Positions 1 through 9,974 of a DNA stretch of 64,000 bases are shown one piece after another. Below the pieces are notes generated by a model, which saw nothing but the letters and a program-made list of their open reading frames with translations, had not been told where the DNA came from and did no database searches. This DNA is from Fibrobacteria bacterium (GTDB taxonomy: Bacteria; Fibrobacterota; Chitinivibrionia; Chitinivibrionales; FEN-1185), in the NCBI GenBank assembly GCA_037447435.1, contig JBBIGR010000007.1, positions 92,701 through 156,700 on the forward strand, in the 5' to 3' direction. Each line of letters starts with the position of its first letter. The first letter of the stretch is position 1. The position numbers and the translations under genes are program-made.

Positions 1-38
1 GAACTGTCGGACCGAAGCATTAAAATAATTCGTTAAAT

Positions 39-2330
39 TCAAGTTTTTTGAGAAATAACATTTTTCGCAGCTGCGACAACCAATTGACCGTACGAAATGC
101 TCTCGTCGTTTGGCGGCATGCGGCGATGCAGAACCGGTATGAGCCCGGATTGCCGTAACAAAGGCACAAGACGCGAAACAAGCATCGCATTTTGAAAAAC
201 CCCGCCGCATAAACATACGTAGTTATTCCGGCATTGTTGCGCGCAAATTGTCGCCGCCGCAGCGGTTGCCTGTGCAAGAGTCGTATGAAAACGGGCTGCA
301 ATAATGGGTATGGCTACCTTATCTTTTAAATCGTACCAGATTTCCCCAAGCATCGCCTGCGCATCGATCGAAATTCCGTTTTCGTCAAAACCCAAAGGCG
401 AACCGTATGCGCCGCTTTCATGTTCATCGGCTATTCCCTCGAGCAATATTGCAGGCTGCCCTTCATAGTTGCGATACGTGCAAATGCCCAGCAAAGCGGA
501 CACCGCATCAAAGAGCCGTCCCATACCGCATGATTGAGGGCTGTTCGTTTTTGATGCGCATAAGTCCAGGACCGCTTGCTTTTCACCGTCAGGCATCCAA
601 GGCATGGTTTGGAAAATGTCTTTTCCCAGTATCGGGGCAAGACCGGCCACGGCAATGCGACCGGGATTTTTTATCGCCTCATCGCCGCCGGGTAAAGATA
701 AATACGACATATGCCCGAGTCGCGTATACGACGCATAGCTCGCGTGCAAAAATTCGCTGCCCCAAATCGTCCCGTCGTCGCCGTAGCCGGTGCCGTCGAA
801 AACGATGCACAGGGCATTGTCGGGAATTTCGTTTTCGGCCATGCAGGCCGCGGCATGGGCATGATGGTGCTGGACGGTCGCAACCGGTACCCCTTGCTGG
901 TTGGCATACGATAAAACCAGGGATTGGGGATGCATGTCGCAAATAAACGCTTTTGGCAACACGTTTAGCGCATGCGTCAAATGGCGCACGGTGCGGTCCA
1001 TTGCGTCGAGGTCTTCGAGCGTTTCCACGGTACCCAGGTACTGGGAGCAATAACAATTCGCTCCTCTGCCGACCGCTATGGTGCTTTTGAGCACGCCGCC
1101 CAGCGCTACAAGTGAATCGACCGGTATCGGGGACGGCAATGCCTGCGGCACGAAACCGCGCGAGCGGCGCAACATCATCGGCGCATCGCCGATCGTCCGC
1201 ACAATGGAATCGTCGTTGCGTATGTAAATGTCGCGGTCGTGTGTGAGAAACGCGTCGGCAATGCCGGAAAGCGACGCGAGGGCGTCGCTATTGTCAAAGC
1301 ATATCGGCCTCTCCGAACTGTTTGCGCTTGTCATGACCAGCGGCACATCGATGCCGCCGCCGGAGGCAAACAGCAGATGGTGTATGGGCGTATAGGGTAG
1401 CATGATGCCCAGGGTCGTCATATTCGGCGCGACAGCATTGCTTATAGATAAAGGTCCGGGCTTTTTCCTGAGAATAACGATGGGGTTTTCCCTGCTTTGC
1501 AGCAACCGGAGTTCATCGGCGGAAATATCGGCGAGGCTTTGCGCCTGTTTTGCCGAACCCGCCATAAGCGCAAAAGGCTTTTCTTCGCGATGCTTTTTCC
1601 ACCGAAGCCTTTGCACCGCCTCGTCGTTATCGGCCCTGCATGCCAAATGAAAACCGCCGATTCCTTTTATCGCGACGATATTGCCTTTTAGCAATAAATC
1701 CGCTGTTTGTAAAATCGGGTCCCGGCCCGCGATGGGAAAGCCCTGGGAATCTAAAAGCGATAGTGTGGGGCCGCAAAAGTTGCAGCAAATGGGCTGGGCA
1801 TGGTATCGCCGGTTCGTCGGATCTTCGTATTCTTTTTTGCAATCGTCGCACAGGGGAAATTGCGCCATGGTGGTGCTGCAGCGGTCGTAGGGCAATTCCC
1901 TGATAATGGTATAACGCGGACCGCAATCCGTGCAATTGATGAACGAATGACGGTACCGTCTGTCAGCCGGATCGAACAGTTCGGCGCGGCACGAGTCGCA
2001 TAGTCCGGTGTCGGCGGTAATGTCGATGCAAAGCGGTCCGTCGTTTTCACTGGCAACGATGCAAAATTCCGCGGGAACGTCGGCAGGAAAAAATTCTTCA
2101 ATATCAATTTTATTGATGCGTGCCAAGACCGGTGCTAGCGACCGTATGGTGTCGATAAAGCCGTCGATATCCGTTTTGTTTCCATGCGCGCAGACGGTCA
2201 CGCCGCCCGTCCCGTTTGAAACTGAACCGGTAACGGCATGCGCAAGCGCGGCCCGGTATACAAAGGGCCTAAAGCCGACGCCTTGTACCGTGCCGCAAAT
2301 AGTGATTTTAACGGAAATAATTTGATTCAT
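39..2330 (-). CDS. hypF: Carbamoyltransferase HypF (NiFe hydrogenase maturation)
   Basis: Acylphosphatase motif GTVQGVGFRPFVY, zinc fingers CDSC/CTDCGPRY/CDDC/CNFCGP, KGIGGFHLAC, QHHHAH, DGTGYG, PPNDESISYGQ. Confidence 0.97.
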   Translation of the reverse strand: MNQIISVKITICGTVQGVGFRPFVYRAALAHAVTGSVSNGTGGVTVCAHGNKTDIDGFIDTIRSLAPVLARINKIDIEEFFPADVPAEFCIVASENDGPLCIDITADTGLCDSCRAELFDPADRRYRHSFINCTDCGPRYTIIRELPYDRCSTTMAQFPLCDDCKKEYEDPTNRRYHAQPICCNFCGPTLSLLDSQGFPIAGRDPILQTADLLLKGNIVAIKGIGGFHLACRADNDEAVQRLRWKKHREEKPFALMAGSAKQAQSLADISADELRLLQSRENPIVILRKKPGPLSISNAVAPNMTTLGIMLPYTPIHHLLFASGGGIDVPLVMTSANSSERPICFDNSDALASLSGIADAFLTHDRDIYIRNDDSIVRTIGDAPMMLRRSRGFVPQALPSPIPVDSLVALGGVLKSTIAVGRGANCYCSQYLGTVETLEDLDAMDRTVRHLTHALNVLPKAFICDMHPQSLVLSYANQQGVPVATVQHHHAHAAACMAENEIPDNALCIVFDGTGYGDDGTIWGSEFLHASYASYTRLGHMSYLSLPGGDEAIKNPGRIAVAGLAPILGKDIFQTMPWMPDGEKQAVLDLCASKTNSPQSCGMGRLFDAVSALLGICTYRNYEGQPAILLEGIADEHESGAYGSPLGFDENGISIDAQAMLGEIWYDLKDKVAIPIIAARFHTTLAQATAAAATICAQQCRNNYVCLCGGVFQNAMLVSRLVPLLRQSGLIPVLHRRMPPNDESISYGQLVVAAAKNVISQKT

Positions 2331-2357
2331 GCAAAGAAAAAAATCCGGTCGGAAAGG

Positions 2358-2389
2358 TTTTCCCTTCGGGCAACCCGAAAGGGAGAAAA
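2358..2389. terminator. Stem-loop between hypB and hypF
   Basis: Imperfect inverted repeat TTTTCCCTTCGGG-CAA-CCCGAAAGGGAGAAAA. Confidence 0.45.
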
Positions 2390-2401
2390 TATTTTTTTAT
2401 T

Positions 2402-3049
2402 TCATTTTCCCGAATTCACGACGTAATTGAAAAAATCGTCCACCCCCTGCCCGGTGGTGCATGATGTTTTTATGATTGTCGCGTCGTTCCTCAATTTCCT
2501 GATGTCGCTTTCGGCGCGTTCGACATTGAAGTTTACGTATGGTAATAAGTCTATTTTGTTGATAACCACGACCTCGGCCCGTATAAACAGGCTCGGATAT
2601 TTAATGGGCTTTTCGTCGCCTTCGGTGGTCGACAGTACGGCGATCTTCACGTCTTCCCCCAAATCGTACGACGATGGGCAAACCAGGTTGCCGACGTTTT
2701 CGATGATAAGGCTGCTCACGCCTTCCAGGGAAAGCTTTTTAAGCTCCACGTTGATCATATGTGCGGTCAAATGGCATGAACCGCGCGTTTCGATTTGTAT
2801 TGCCCGGGCGCCCGCCGCCTCTATCCTGTTTTTGTCAAGTTGCGTCTGGATGTCGCCGGTTATGACCAATAGTTTTTTGCCGAGCCGTTTTCCCAGCGCT
2901 TCCATAAGCGATGTTTTGCCCGATCCGGGAGAGCTTATCACATTAAGCACCGAAAGCCCGGCAGCTTTGAATATCGCACGGTTTTCCTGAGCGATTGCGT
3001 CGTTTATCGCGTGCGCGCTTTTTGCGAGCCTTATTTTTTCAATCATCAT
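2402..3049 (-). CDS. hypB: Hydrogenase nickel incorporation GTPase HypB
   Basis: SSPGSGKTSL P-loop, CHL, ENVGNLVCP, EGDEKPIKYP, NKIDL. Confidence 0.96.
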   Translation of the reverse strand: MMIEKIRLAKSAHAINDAIAQENRAIFKAAGLSVLNVISSPGSGKTSLMEALGKRLGKKLLVITGDIQTQLDKNRIEAAGARAIQIETRGSCHLTAHMINVELKKLSLEGVSSLIIENVGNLVCPSSYDLGEDVKIAVLSTTEGDEKPIKYPSLFIRAEVVVINKIDLLPYVNFNVERAESDIRKLRNDATIIKTSCTTGQGVDDFFNYVVNSGK

Positions 3050-3374
3050 CGACCTCTATGCTTTCTATGGTACAATCGTGTCCGGATTTAATCGAGCGGT
3101 TATATCCGTTGCATGCGGGGCATGTCGCGCCCATGCTGTTTGCCGTATATTCCGTATTGCAAACGCACAAAAACGTCGCGGGAACTTCCTTGGTTTCCAC
3201 CGTCACGTCTTCCATGCCGAGTTCGGGCAAAACGATTTCGAGGTACATAAGAAGGGAATCAACGAAAATGCCGCTCAATATCCCCACGGCAAGCGTGATT
3301 TTTTTTACCGGTCTGTTTTGCGCCGTTTGTCTGACGATTTCGGCGATTTCCGCTGCAACCGAATATTCATGCAT
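3039..3374 (-). CDS. hypA: Hydrogenase nickel chaperone HypA
   Basis: N-terminal MHEYS (ATG at 3374 overlaps upstream stop), CVC and CPAC zinc ligands; true start is internal to the 3039..3620 ORF. Confidence 0.93.
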   Translation of the reverse strand: MHEYSVAAEIAEIVRQTAQNRPVKKITLAVGILSGIFVDSLLMYLEIVLPELGMEDVTVETKEVPATFLCVCNTEYTANSMGATCPACNGYNRSIKSGHDCTIESIEVDDD

Positions 3375-4425
3375 CGATGGCGTCCGTCCTTTTTTCCGCA
3401 TTGTGAAGCTGCAGGCCCTTTTGGGAAATAATCGTTGACAATCGATCCGCATCGGCGCCTTCCGAGAGGCCGCGGCAGCCGGTGCAGGAAATATCGTTTT
3501 GCGGGCAGACGGCATTGCATCCCGCGCGGGTAACAGGGCCAAGGCAGGCATAGCCTTTGTCGAACATGCATTCCACTGCCTGCATTTTGCATTCGCTGCA
3601 CACCGGATAGCCGGGCACAAACGGGTCCGCTCCCACGATAACGGCCTTTACGATTTTCGATAATTCATGCGTAAAAACCGGACATCCGTATACCGAATGA
3701 TCGACGCGAATGAAGCGGCGAAGGCTTGTTGTATCATCCGTGCAGGAGTCGGCGGCGACAACAATGCGAGAGTTGCTTCGGAGTTCCTTGACAAAATCTT
3801 CTTGCGAAGGATACAAAACCCTGCCGATGAGTATCGCGATCGAATAACGGCCCACAGGACTGTTTGCATAGGAAACGGCGTCAAAAACGTCCATGGTGCC
3901 TGCCAGCACTCCGATTGCATCCTTGATTTCGGATAACTTTTTTAGACATCCGTCGCATTCATTCAGCATGCACAGCGCGATGGTCGGTTTTTTTTCGGTG
4001 TGGACAATGTTGTTACGGGAATAAAACGCTTTTGAGCGAGGATTTATTGCCGAATAGTTGTTGCCGAATACCGTTTGCAGCGAATCGTTTGCGCCAAACG
4101 GTCCGCGAATCCCGATGCCGCTTCCTATCGGCAAAGACACAATCGCCCGGCTCAAGGCCGACCGCTGCGCGACCGAAACGCGAAGGGTGTTGCTTTTGGG
4201 TGATTGAGTTAAAAAACATTCTTCGCCGATACCGGGAACGGATAAAAGCACTTTTTGATTTCCGGTTTCATCCGCAGGTGCGTCGTGAGGGAAGGGTTTT
4301 GCGGCGTCGGAGGAGTATGCGAGTTCGATTACCCATGCCATTCCTTGCTTTTCCCTGTTTGCAATGACGCACACGCCGGGCGTATACAACGATGGCGGTT
4401 GTTCGCAACCGCAGCCTTCACACAT
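3367..4425 (-). CDS. Fusion of a partial sulfhydrogenase gamma FAD-binding domain and a group 3b NiFe hydrogenase small (delta) subunit
   Basis: N-half VPGIGE...GIRGPFG; C-half ECDGC, GCP and CSEC...CLGPVTRAGCNAVCP...CTGCRG. Confidence 0.75.
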   Translation of the reverse strand: MCEGCGCEQPPSLYTPGVCVIANREKQGMAWVIELAYSSDAAKPFPHDAPADETGNQKVLLSVPGIGEECFLTQSPKSNTLRVSVAQRSALSRAIVSLPIGSGIGIRGPFGANDSLQTVFGNNYSAINPRSKAFYSRNNIVHTEKKPTIALCMLNECDGCLKKLSEIKDAIGVLAGTMDVFDAVSYANSPVGRYSIAILIGRVLYPSQEDFVKELRSNSRIVVAADSCTDDTTSLRRFIRVDHSVYGCPVFTHELSKIVKAVIVGADPFVPGYPVCSECKMQAVECMFDKGYACLGPVTRAGCNAVCPQNDISCTGCRGLSEGADADRLSTIISQKGLQLHNAEKRTDAIDA

Positions 4426-5422
4426 GATGTGCCTCCGTACCGGTACGTTCGATGTTGTCGAAAGGGAATGCGATGTCCGGCACGCAGGCGGTTTTACATC
4501 TTCCGCAGCCCACGCAGCCGGCTGTTTCGTATTTTTTTGGAACCTCTATTGCCTTGCATTGTATTCTATACTGCAATCGCGACGCGGCATTTGGCCCGCC
4601 ATTGTCCGTGTCATTTTTGTACAGACAGGAATCCCATTGGCGATACCGCAGTCCGTATTCAAGGGAAGCCGCGACCTCATCGTGCAGAGAAAAACAAAAG
4701 CAGGTCGGGCAAACCATGGTGCAGCTGGCGCAGGAAAAACATTTTTCCGCACGCGCATTCACTGTTTCCCCCAAAGGCATCGGCATATTCCGATACGAAT
4801 TTTTCTCGTTTCCATAAGGGGTTGCAAGCTTTTGTTTGCTTATAACGTCTTTCGCATCCGCGCTTGCCGGATCCAGGTTTACCGTTGAAAACAATTCTTT
4901 GCCCCGTTCGGTCACGATTTCCACGCCGTACATGGTTTCGCCGATGTCGAAAAGAATGACATCGGCAGCGGCATACGGCTCATGGCCTTTGAGCATGGTG
5001 TGCGAGAAATTGAATTGCGGGCGTTTCGTCGGGAAAATACCGATCAGCGTCGTCGCCTGTCTGCGGCTGCAATAATGCGGATCGTACCGATCGAGAGAAA
5101 ATACCTTGTCAAGTAACGCGACGGCTGCCAAATCCCACGGATGCATGCCCGCGATGATCTGGTCTTTTTGCGAATACGCGGGTTCGTACGAGCCGCTGAT
5201 CGGCGGCTCGTACGAAAGCAGCACTTCCTTGGGAGGAAGAAGAAAATGTTTCGGCGAAAAGACGGTTTGGGGAAAATCGAGCCGCAGGTCTTTGTGATTT
5301 TCCAGTTTATCGTAGGTAAAGCTGTTGCCTTTTTGCACCGGGGCAATAACATCCACCGGACCGGCCACCAGGTCCTTAACAAAATCAAGGAATTGCGATT
5401 TCCGTATTTGGGATAGTTCCAT
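4418..5422 (-). CDS. Sulfhydrogenase beta subunit-like 4Fe-4S dicluster protein (HydB/AsrA family)
   Basis: SPKHFLLPPKE, CFSCASCTMVCPTCFC, RQWDSC, CVGCGRCKTAC; start uncertain (5422/5446/5473). Confidence 0.85.
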   Translation of the reverse strand: MELSQIRKSQFLDFVKDLVAGPVDVIAPVQKGNSFTYDKLENHKDLRLDFPQTVFSPKHFLLPPKEVLLSYEPPISGSYEPAYSQKDQIIAGMHPWDLAAVALLDKVFSLDRYDPHYCSRRQATTLIGIFPTKRPQFNFSHTMLKGHEPYAAADVILFDIGETMYGVEIVTERGKELFSTVNLDPASADAKDVISKQKLATPYGNEKNSYRNMPMPLGETVNARAEKCFSCASCTMVCPTCFCFSLHDEVAASLEYGLRYRQWDSCLYKNDTDNGGPNAASRLQYRIQCKAIEVPKKYETAGCVGCGRCKTACVPDIAFPFDNIERTGTEAHHV

Positions 5423-5521
5423 AAAAGTTTCATGAAAATACTTCATTGGTATACCTGCGGCGTTTTGTGACAACTTATTTTATGGCTTCATTATTCTATA
5501 TATTGAAAGGAAAAAAAGGCA

Positions 5522-7198
5522 ATGGCCGAAAAATTCGTATACTACATGCATCGGATGACCAAAATTTATCCGCCCAAAAAAGAGGTGCTCAAAGACGTCT
5601 CTTTGTCGTTCTATTACGGCGCAAAGATAGGCATTATTGGTACCAACGGATCCGGCAAAAGCACGCTCATGCGCATCATGGCCGGAATCGACAAGGAATA
5701 TCTGGGCGAAGCATGGCTCGAACAGGGCCGTACGGTCGGGTATTTGCCGCAGGAACCAAAACTCGAAGAAACCCTTTCGGTGCGAGAAAATGTTGAAATG
5801 GCGGTAAAACACAAGCGCAACATGCTTTCGGAATTTGAAGAAATTTCCATGAAATTCGGCGAACCCATGGACGACGAAGCCATGCAAAAGCTCATGGACC
5901 GTCAGGCAAAATTGCAGGACGAAATTGACGCCTGCGATGCATGGGAGCTCGACCGTCATATGGAAATAGCGATGGACGCGCTTCGCTGCCCGCCGGCGGA
6001 TTCCCCGGTCAATACACTCTCCGGCGGAGAGCGCCGCCGCGTCGCGCTGTGCCGCTTGCTTTTAGAGGAACCCGATTTGTTATTGCTCGACGAACCAACC
6101 AACCATTTGGATGCCGAATCGGTCGCCTGGCTCGAGCGCACGCTTAAGGAATATAAAGGGTCGGTCATCCTGACGACCCATGACCGGTATTTCCTTGACA
6201 ATGTCGTTGGCTGGATTTTGGAAATAGACCGCGGCAGGGGAATACCGTGGGAAGGCAATTATACCTCGTGGCTCGAACAAAAAACCAAGCGGCTTGCCCA
6301 GGAGGAACGTGAAGAAACAAATCGTCAGGCTCGCTTGAAAAAGGAATTGGACTGGATTCATTTGTCCCAAAAGGCACGCCAGGCAAAAGGCAAGGCGCGA
6401 TTGAATGCCTACGAAGACCTCCGCAACCAGGAAGGGCTCGACAAATTAAAAACCGCGACCATTGTCATTCCGCAAGGTGAGCGGCTCGGCGATGTCGTTA
6501 TCAAGGCCGACAATCTTTCAAAGGCGTACGGCGACAAGCTCCTGTTCGAAAAAATGAGTTTTAATTTGCCGCGCGCAGGCATCGTCGGCGTGATCGGTCC
6601 AAACGGCGCGGGAAAATCCACGCTGTTCAAAATGATCACGGGCCAGGAAAAATCCGATAGCGGTACATTGCAGCTCGGCGATACGGTTCAGCTCAGTTAT
6701 GTCGATCAGACCCGCGACGCGCTCAACGGCGAGAATACCATTTTTCAGGAAATTACCGGAGGATTGGACATTATCGTCCTGGGCAAGCTTCAGGTAAATT
6801 CGCGCGCCTATGTGGGGTATTTCAATTTTTCGGGCGCCGATCAGCAAAAGCTGGTTAAAGATTGCTCGGGAGGGGAACGCAACAGGGTTCATTTGGCAAA
6901 ACTGCTGCAACGCGGCGGCAATGTCCTGTTGCTCGACGAACCGACAAACGATCTCGACGTGGAGACTTTGCAATCGCTCGAACAGGCAATTCTTGACTTT
7001 TCGGGATGCGTCGTGGTCATTACCCATGACCGGTGGTTTTTAAACCGCATCGCCACGCATATTTTGGCTTTCGAGGGAGACAGTCAGGCATATTGGTTCG
7101 AGGGAAACTTCGAAGAATACGAAGAAGCCAAAAAAGCTCGCCTCGGCATTACCGACGATCAGCCCAAAAGGATCAAATACAAACCCTTGGTACGGTAA
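5522..7198 (+). CDS. ettA: Energy-dependent translational throttle protein EttA (ABC-F ATPase)
   Basis: Two ABC cassettes (GTNGSGKST, LSGGE, GPNGAGKST), LSFYYGAKIG, C-terminal RIKYKPL. Confidence 0.96.
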   Translation: MAEKFVYYMHRMTKIYPPKKEVLKDVSLSFYYGAKIGIIGTNGSGKSTLMRIMAGIDKEYLGEAWLEQGRTVGYLPQEPKLEETLSVRENVEMAVKHKRNMLSEFEEISMKFGEPMDDEAMQKLMDRQAKLQDEIDACDAWELDRHMEIAMDALRCPPADSPVNTLSGGERRRVALCRLLLEEPDLLLLDEPTNHLDAESVAWLERTLKEYKGSVILTTHDRYFLDNVVGWILEIDRGRGIPWEGNYTSWLEQKTKRLAQEEREETNRQARLKKELDWIHLSQKARQAKGKARLNAYEDLRNQEGLDKLKTATIVIPQGERLGDVVIKADNLSKAYGDKLLFEKMSFNLPRAGIVGVIGPNGAGKSTLFKMITGQEKSDSGTLQLGDTVQLSYVDQTRDALNGENTIFQEITGGLDIIVLGKLQVNSRAYVGYFNFSGADQQKLVKDCSGGERNRVHLAKLLQRGGNVLLLDEPTNDLDVETLQSLEQAILDFSGCVVVITHDRWFLNRIATHILAFEGDSQAYWFEGNFEEYEEAKKARLGITDDQPKRIKYKPLVR

Positions 7199-7209
7199 CG
7201 AACAATTAA

Positions 7210-7236
7210 ACCTGCCGGAGACTGCATCCGGCAGGT
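7210..7236. terminator. GC-rich hairpin downstream of ettA
   Basis: ACCTGCCGGA-N7-TCCGGCAGGT perfect 10-bp stem. Confidence 0.55.
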
Positions 7237-7536
7237 ATCCACCATCACCTAAAGGAGGTTTCAAGATCCCAGAAAGCAGTCAATAATACTACGGGGTTCA
7301 TTGAAGGAAAATTGTGGAATAAAATGTTGTCTGTAAATAATATTGACCCGGAATTTGACGGGAAATAAAACTTCGGTTAATCTTTAAAAAATTTGATTTA
7401 AGGGGATTCTGCTGTCATTATTTTAACCCGAATTTGATTTTATTAAAGAATTTATTTATATTTATGGTATTATAACTAAATGATTTGTTTAATTATAAGG
7501 TCTTATATCTAAATTATAGCTCGGAAAAACTGATAT

Positions 7537-8850
7537 ATGAAACGATTTATCCTATTTGACCTAGAGGAGTGGGCAAAATCAGATCGCCGCAAGCCCTTGA
7601 TTATTAAGGGCGCAAGGCAGGTAGGAAAAACATGGGTAGTCAATGAATTTGGAAAACGGAGTTTTAAAAACTTTGTCAGCCTGGATTTTGAAAAAATTCC
7701 AGGCTTGAACAAAATCTTCGAAAAAGACAGTGAGCCGGTACGAATCATAGCCGAGTTGGAACTGTTTTGCGGACAACCCATTAAAGCAGGCGAAACGCTG
7801 CTTTTTTTTGATGAAGTCCAGGCTTGTCCCAAAGCCATCATGGCATTGCGCTATTTTTATGAAAACATGCCGAATTTGCATGTGGTTTGCGCGGGGTCCC
7901 TTCTGGAGTTCTCTTTGCAAACGATAAGTGTTCCGGTGGGCAGAGTGCAATTCATGTTTATGGGTCCGATGTCGTTTGCGGAATATCTTGCCGCAATTGG
8001 CCGGGAAGATCTGGCACTGGAAATTTTGCAGCCGCCGCATGAAATGCCTGATAGCGTGCACACGTTGTTATGTGACGAGCTTAAACGGTATTTTTTCGTA
8101 GGAGGAATGCCGGAGGCTGTCAAGGAATACTGTAAGACAAAATCAATACGCGATTCGTTTGCCGTTCAGGCGGAAATTTGCGAAAGCTATAGGCTTGATT
8201 TTGCGAAATATTCGCCGCATGTTGACAAACGATGCCTCGATTTGGTGCTTGGTGCTGCCATGCAGAATATTGGGACACAACTAAAATACACGCATCTATG
8301 TACCGACTTTTCCATCCCTACGGTAAAAAAAGCCTTTGACCTATTGTGTTGCGCCCGGGTTCTTTATAAAATTCCATCTGCGTCGCTTGCCGGATTGCCG
8401 TTATCGGCCAATGCGTCGTCCAAGATTTTCAAGGCAATTGCCGTTGATTCCGGGATCATGCGATATATGTCGCGGTTACCCGAGGATGTTGAATATAGCA
8501 AAGAATTGCTTGCAGTATTTCATGGGGCAATGGCCGAACAGTTTGTTGGGCAGGAAATGTTGTTGTCACAATTCCAGGATCTTTATTATTGGAATCGTGA
8601 GACCAATGGCAGTAACGCTGAAATTGATTTTATTGCTGTTTTTTCAGGGAAAATTTATCCCATTGAAGTAAAGGCCGGATCATCAGGACGATTACGGAGC
8701 CTGCATTTAGCATTGAAAACATATCCCCATTGCGAAGAAGGAATGGTTTTTTCTGCACGAAACTATTCAAAGTTACCGGAAGAACGATTGAGTTTTATCC
8801 CCCTTTATTTTGCATTTTCAGCAACCGGTGGAATAGGGCACCTACAATAA
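7537..8850 (+). CDS. AAA_14 family ATPase with C-terminal DUF4143 (PD-(D/E)xK-like) domain
   Basis: GARQVGKT, FFDEVQ, GGMPE, C-terminal YYW...AEIDF...PIEVKAG. Confidence 0.9.
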   Translation: MKRFILFDLEEWAKSDRRKPLIIKGARQVGKTWVVNEFGKRSFKNFVSLDFEKIPGLNKIFEKDSEPVRIIAELELFCGQPIKAGETLLFFDEVQACPKAIMALRYFYENMPNLHVVCAGSLLEFSLQTISVPVGRVQFMFMGPMSFAEYLAAIGREDLALEILQPPHEMPDSVHTLLCDELKRYFFVGGMPEAVKEYCKTKSIRDSFAVQAEICESYRLDFAKYSPHVDKRCLDLVLGAAMQNIGTQLKYTHLCTDFSIPTVKKAFDLLCCARVLYKIPSASLAGLPLSANASSKIFKAIAVDSGIMRYMSRLPEDVEYSKELLAVFHGAMAEQFVGQEMLLSQFQDLYYWNRETNGSNAEIDFIAVFSGKIYPIEVKAGSSGRLRSLHLALKTYPHCEEGMVFSARNYSKLPEERLSFIPLYFAFSATGGIGHLQ

Positions 8851-8890
8851 AAAAACCCTGCCGGGCTGCGGCGGCAGGTTCGCCCTTTTT
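8849..8890. terminator. Probable bidirectional intrinsic terminator
   Basis: A-run, CCTGCCG/CGGCAGG stem, downstream T-run. Confidence 0.55.
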
Positions 8891-9151
8891 CGATGTAGGA
8901 AGTACTGAGGAAAAACGTACTTAACTATTCGAACGAAACGAGTAAACGGCCGTAGGTCGCCTACTCACAGCCGTAATGAATACGCGATATTCCGCGATAT
9001 TATTGCCGATATTTATAATTATTATTAAAAAAAAAATCAAAACTTTATGCAAAACCGCTTTGAGATAATAGCGGTATTTCCACAGCATCGCTGCTGGGGC
9101 GTTTTTAAAAGTACCCGGGGGAGTTACGGAAAGGCTTTGAATGCGGTCCGA

Positions 9152-9502
9152 TTACTCCTTTTCAATGACCTGCTCGCTGAATTCCTCGTATGAATCGAAT
9201 AAAAAGCCGTCGAAAACGATATCGAATTTGAGCGTTTCAAGGATATAGTTCACGTATTCGTTTGAAGAAATTATGTACATTGCGCCGCCCATTTTCTTGA
9301 CCTTGTTCAAATTATAGACCAAGGCGCCGATGCCCCCGGAACAAATGAAGGTGACTTCGTCGAGGTTGAACACGATACGGGAATTGCCGCTGTCGATGAG
9401 CTGTTGAATTTCCTTGTCGAGTTGACGAGCGCTTTCCCAATCGACTTTGCCGTTGATCTTGATGATTTTATATGTCTTGATTTCCGTGACAGCCAAGTCC
9501 AA
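9152..9502 (-). CDS. STAS domain protein / anti-sigma factor antagonist
   Basis: GKVD...IVFNLDEVTFICSGGIGALV; TTG start at 9502 after AAAGGGGA SD. Confidence 0.88.
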   Translation of the reverse strand: MDLAVTEIKTYKIIKINGKVDWESARQLDKEIQQLIDSGNSRIVFNLDEVTFICSGGIGALVYNLNKVKKMGGAMYIISSNEYVNYILETLKFDIVFDGFLFDSYEEFSEQVIEKE

Positions 9503-9974
9503 AATAATCCCCTTTGTTAATGGGTTCGGTTTATAATTCCTTGAAATCCCCGTCGACCACCGTCGCTTTATCGTTTTTAAACCGCTGCGTTTTCGGCGGC
9601 TCGTTTTTTTTCTTGCCCGAAAGAGGTTTCCCCAAAAAGGAAAAAACCATTCTGACAATAAAGAATATAACTAAAAGGCGTAATCCCCAAATAATGAAGG
9701 CTATCATATGTGCTCCGTGTCAAGGAATGGAATACTTCGGTTCCGCTTGTGTCGCGACGATCAAAGGAAGTATGCCGTAAAATTACATTTCGCCCGGGCG
9801 GTTTAAAAATTTGCCGCGCCCGAATAAAAAAATCCTTTGCACGGTAATGCGATAATGCCTTCCTCTCGGGAGAAGAAAATAATTATCTTTGTTAAGCGTA
9901 CTCTTTCCCTATTACGTATAGTATCAAATACAATCCGGAAAAAATCAATCTCTTTGGTGCGAAAGGAATCGGCT

